Assembly: GCF_004010195.1 (NCBI RefSeq)
Contig: NC_057720.1
Span: forward strand, 22,837,206 to 22,863,370
Origin: Chiloscyllium plagiosum
Lineage: Eukaryota
Reading direction: 5' to 3'
DNA length: 26,165 bases
Position 1 is the first letter of the stretch, and each line of letters begins with the position of its first letter. The translations under genes and the position numbers were made by a program. Positions 22,985-26,165 of this stretch are shown here, piece by piece. A model generated the notes under the pieces. That model made no database searches, was not told where the DNA came from, and was given only the letters and a program-made list of their open reading frames with translations.

Positions 22985-23298
22985 TTAGATTAGATTACAT
23001 TACAGTGTGGACACAGGCCCTTCGGCCCAACAAGTCCACACCGACCCGCCGAAGCGAAACCCACCCATACCCCTACATTTACCCCTTACCTAACACTACG
23101 GGCAATTTAGCATGGCCAATTCACCTGACCCTGCACATCTTTGGACTGTGGGAGGAAACCGGAGCACCCGGAGGAAACCCACGCAGACACGGGGAGAACG
23201 TGCAAACTCCACACAGTCAGTCGCCTGAGGCGGGAATTGAACCTGGGTCTCAGGCGCTGTGAGGCAGCAGTGCTAACCACTGTGCCACCGTGCCGCCC
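22985..23298 (-). mobile_element. HE1 SINE, younger CpG-rich variant
   Basis: The minus strand starts gggcggcacggtggcacagtggttagcactgctgcctcacagcgcc, contains the V domain gctccggtttcctcccacagtccaaagatgtgcagg, and ends taatgtaatctaatctaa. Confidence 0.93.
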
Positions 23299-23961
23299 AT
23301 AATTATGATGGCTCATAATGCAAGAAAGCACCTAATGGGAACAAGATTTAAGTGATGACAAGGTAACTTAAAAAGTAATCGAAATGTGTGATTTGTTTCA
23401 AATTTTCTTATATATCTTGTAATTTTAAATGTTAAAGATAAAATTATGTCAGCTGTAGTTAATTCTCATTTCAAATTGCTTAGCTGAATTTACTTTTATA
23501 TGTACTTACTGTTTCATTTATAATTTTAACAAAATATGCTATCAAGAATTGGAATAAATATGCTCATTTAATCTAATTCATATATCTAGTTGTTAACACT
23601 GTAATTATTGGATTGACATTTTAATTAAAAGAATTCCGAGGATATTAGATAATTCCATGAACATTTCATATCCCATGGTGTACTGTTGAAAATACATATG
23701 AGAAGTGCAACTCAAAATAGAATATTTACTCACAAGGATAAACAGAGAAGGCTTTCACACAAGCAGAGTTATTCATCTGATAATGTATTGTTAATACAGA
23801 ACAAGTCATATTATGGTGTCATTTTAAAGTACTGTATCACTGATAGATATAAAGTATGTGCCTTTTCTTACCATTGCTTTGTTAAGTTGTTTGGCAAAGG
23901 ATTTAATTTGAGAAATCAGATTTTTTGAAAATTAACCAAATGAAATTAAACAGCAGCCAGC

Positions 23962-24651
23962 AGTTATCGGCGACAGAGAACAGTGGAAACCAAGATCAAA
24001 GAGGTCACAAGGGTTCAAGGGGAACCAGTTACAACTAGTCTGAGAATTGTGTATTGGCCACTTCAAGACGCCATGTTCTGGCCCCTTGACTGTTTGTGCA
24101 TGTATACTTTACACCTCCTGTCATGGAAAACAGTCTGACCCTACTGACCCATCTCATGACTCCATCGGCCAAAGATTTGAAGGTTCAGTGTGAGGGGTGA
24201 TAAAACACACACATTTGCAAGGCAGCCCTTCAGTGAAGACTTAAGAAGCCTCGACAAAGACTCATAGGGAAGACTCGCAGCAAACTCATCACAGAAGACT
24301 CTGTGGCAACCCAAGAAGACCCAGGAAAAGTCCTACCCTGAGCTGTGAGACACATCTTCAACAAGAGCCAGATCTACATAAAAGAGGAGGGAGATTCCAA
24401 CGGTCCAGCTCAAACACATGTATCAATGTAGATAAAAACCTTTCTCAGATGGATAGAGTGAGATACAGAGTAAATATTGAGGGAATTTGGGAAAGGCTCA
24501 CATAGTGTTTTAAAAAGAAATATTTTGTTAATAAAATCGCGTTGAACTGTAAACCAAATTCAGTGTCCTTTTGTCTATCGCACTGACAAGACCATCTGAG
24601 CAAAGCATTTTAACGCATAAACTGATCAAAATGTCCAAAGCACAGACAACA
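23962..24651 (+). mobile_element. Possible solo LTR (~690 bp)
   Basis: GC rises against AT-rich flanks. The ends agttatcgg...cagacaaca are an imperfect short inverted repeat ending in CA. It contains a YY1-like cgccatgtt (~24069), a TATA-like tacataaaa (~24375) and AATAAA (~24530). There is no TSD and the 5' TG is not intact. Confidence 0.35.
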
Positions 24652-24868
24652 TTTGCAATACTTTGTGGGGAACACACTGTTGACTCAAACATGTGGCATG
24701 GCCATTAACAATTGGAGAGCTGAAAGCACAAAGTTGCTATCCCTTGGGCATCATATTTTGTCGATCCATTGCTCAATAAAATTTGAAGATGATCAATTCT
24801 GTATTTATTCCCACAGATTTATCCCCCATTAAATGTGGATGTAGTCTATGGTAGCATTGATTTATGAT

Positions 24869-25650
24869 AACATAGCAACATAGAGAATAGGAACAGGAGT
24901 AGACCATTCGCCTCTTTGTGCCTGCTCTGTCATTCATTATGATGATGGTTAATCATCCAACTCAATAGGCTGTTCTAATTTTTCTACTATATCATTTGAT
25001 CCCTTTAGCTCCAGGAGGTATACTCAATTCTTTCTTGAAATTATGCTTTGATTTGGCCTTGACTGCTTTCTGTGGTAGTGAACTCCACATGCTCAGAACT
25101 TTCTATGTGAAGAAATTTCTCCTCATCTCAATCCTGTGTAGTTTACCTCATAACCATAGACCATGACTCCTATTTCTGTATTCCCTCATCATTGTGAACA
25201 TCTTTTCTGCATCTACCCTGTCTAGTCCCATTAGAATTTTATATATTTCTAGGAAATCTACCTTCAATCTTCTGAAATCCAATGAATACAATCCTAAACT
25301 ATTCTATGTCTCCTCTTACATTGGTTCTGCCATCTCAGGAATCCGGCTAGTAGACATTCACTGCACTCCCTTTATATCAAGAAGATCTTTCTTCAGATAA
25401 AGAGACCAAACTACATACAATATTCCAGGTCTCACCAAGATATTATATAATCGCAGCAAGACATCCCTATTTTTGTACTCAAATCTTCTTGCTATGAAGA
25501 TCAACATATCATTGCTTTTAACCGCCTGCTGCAGTGGCAGCTTACCTTGAGTGACTATAGTATGAGGACACCCAGGTCTCATTACATGTTCCCTCCCTCA
25601 GTTTATAGCCTTCAGATAATAACCTTCCTGTTTCTGTCATCAAAGCAGGT
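24869..25650 (-). mobile_element. Old CR1 3' fragment
   Basis: ORF 25358..25582 (FIARRFEYKNRDVLLRLYNILVRP...LKKDLLDIKGVQ). The tail reads aacatagcaacatag on the + strand. Confidence 0.88.
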
Positions 25651-25834
25651 GACCTTCAGTAGTGGGAATTCTGTTAAATTAAAGACTGCATAAAACAATA
25701 GTCTATGTGTTTCATGTGAGGACTTAACCAATGAATTGCACCCGAAAATACTCCAATTCTGCAAATTTCAATTTTCCTTCAAAACACTGCTGTCAAATTA
25801 GCATGCCCTACAATGTGGATATGAATCAGTATAT

Positions 25835-26165
25835 GGATTAGTGGTACTGGAAGAGCACAGCAGTTCAGGCAGCATCCAAGGAGCTTCGAAATCGACGTTT
25901 CGGGTAAAAGCCCTTCATCAGGAATAAAGGCAGTGAGCCTGAAGTTTGGAGAGATAAGCTAGAGGAGGGTGGGTGTGGGGAGAAAGTAGCATAGAGTACA
26001 ATGGGTGAGTGGGGGAGGGGATGAAGGTGATAGGTCAGAGAGGAGAGGGTGGAATGGATAGGTGGAAAAGGACAAGTCCGGACAAGTCATGGGGACTGTG
26101 CTGAGCTGGAAGTTTGGAACTAGGGTGAGGTGGGGGAAGGGGAAATGAGGAAACTGTTGAAGTCC
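25835..26165 (-). mobile_element. Penelope-like element 3' end / terminal repeat, running off the window
   Basis: On the minus strand a pyrimidine-rich 3' region precedes a hammerhead and a short terminus (gctccttggatgctgcctgaactgctgtgctcttccag). Confidence 0.75.
25890..25925 (-). ncRNA. Minimal type I hammerhead ribozyme motif, canonical core
   Basis: Minus strand: attc-CTGATGA-a-ggg.ctttta.ccc-GAAA-c-GTC-gatt. The triplet is GUC, stem I is attc/gatt with one U-U mismatch, and stem III is the palindrome acgt. Confidence 0.8.

Overview
This is eukaryotic, repeat-dense DNA, not prokaryotic. The HE1/V-SINE, Deu-domain SINE and CR1 repertoire points to a shark; a carpet/bamboo shark is plausible, but that is inference. 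Roughly half the window is decayed mobile DNA: about nine CR1-clade LINE fragments (these explain all long RT-like ORFs), three HE1 SINEs, other tRNA-derived SINEs, two LTR-like segments, a TA-flanked Tc1/mariner-type MITE and a decayed intron-containing PIF/Harbinger Myb/SANT gene. There is also a 277-N assembly gap. No intact protein-coding gene is present. One candidate 64-nt host exon (7916..7979, +) suggests the window is intronic. The most notable signal is a set of short Penelope-like (PLE) terminal-repeat insertions from several unrelated families. These form fold-back inverted repeats and carry minimal type I hammerhead ribozyme motifs (CUGAnGA...GAAA...NUH). The best is a spacer-less ~440-bp palindrome with a target-site duplication and one hammerhead on each strand. 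PLE hammerheads are an established class, so I cannot claim a wholly new system. Repeat family names come from recalled consensus features, not from a database search, and most element boundaries are approximate.
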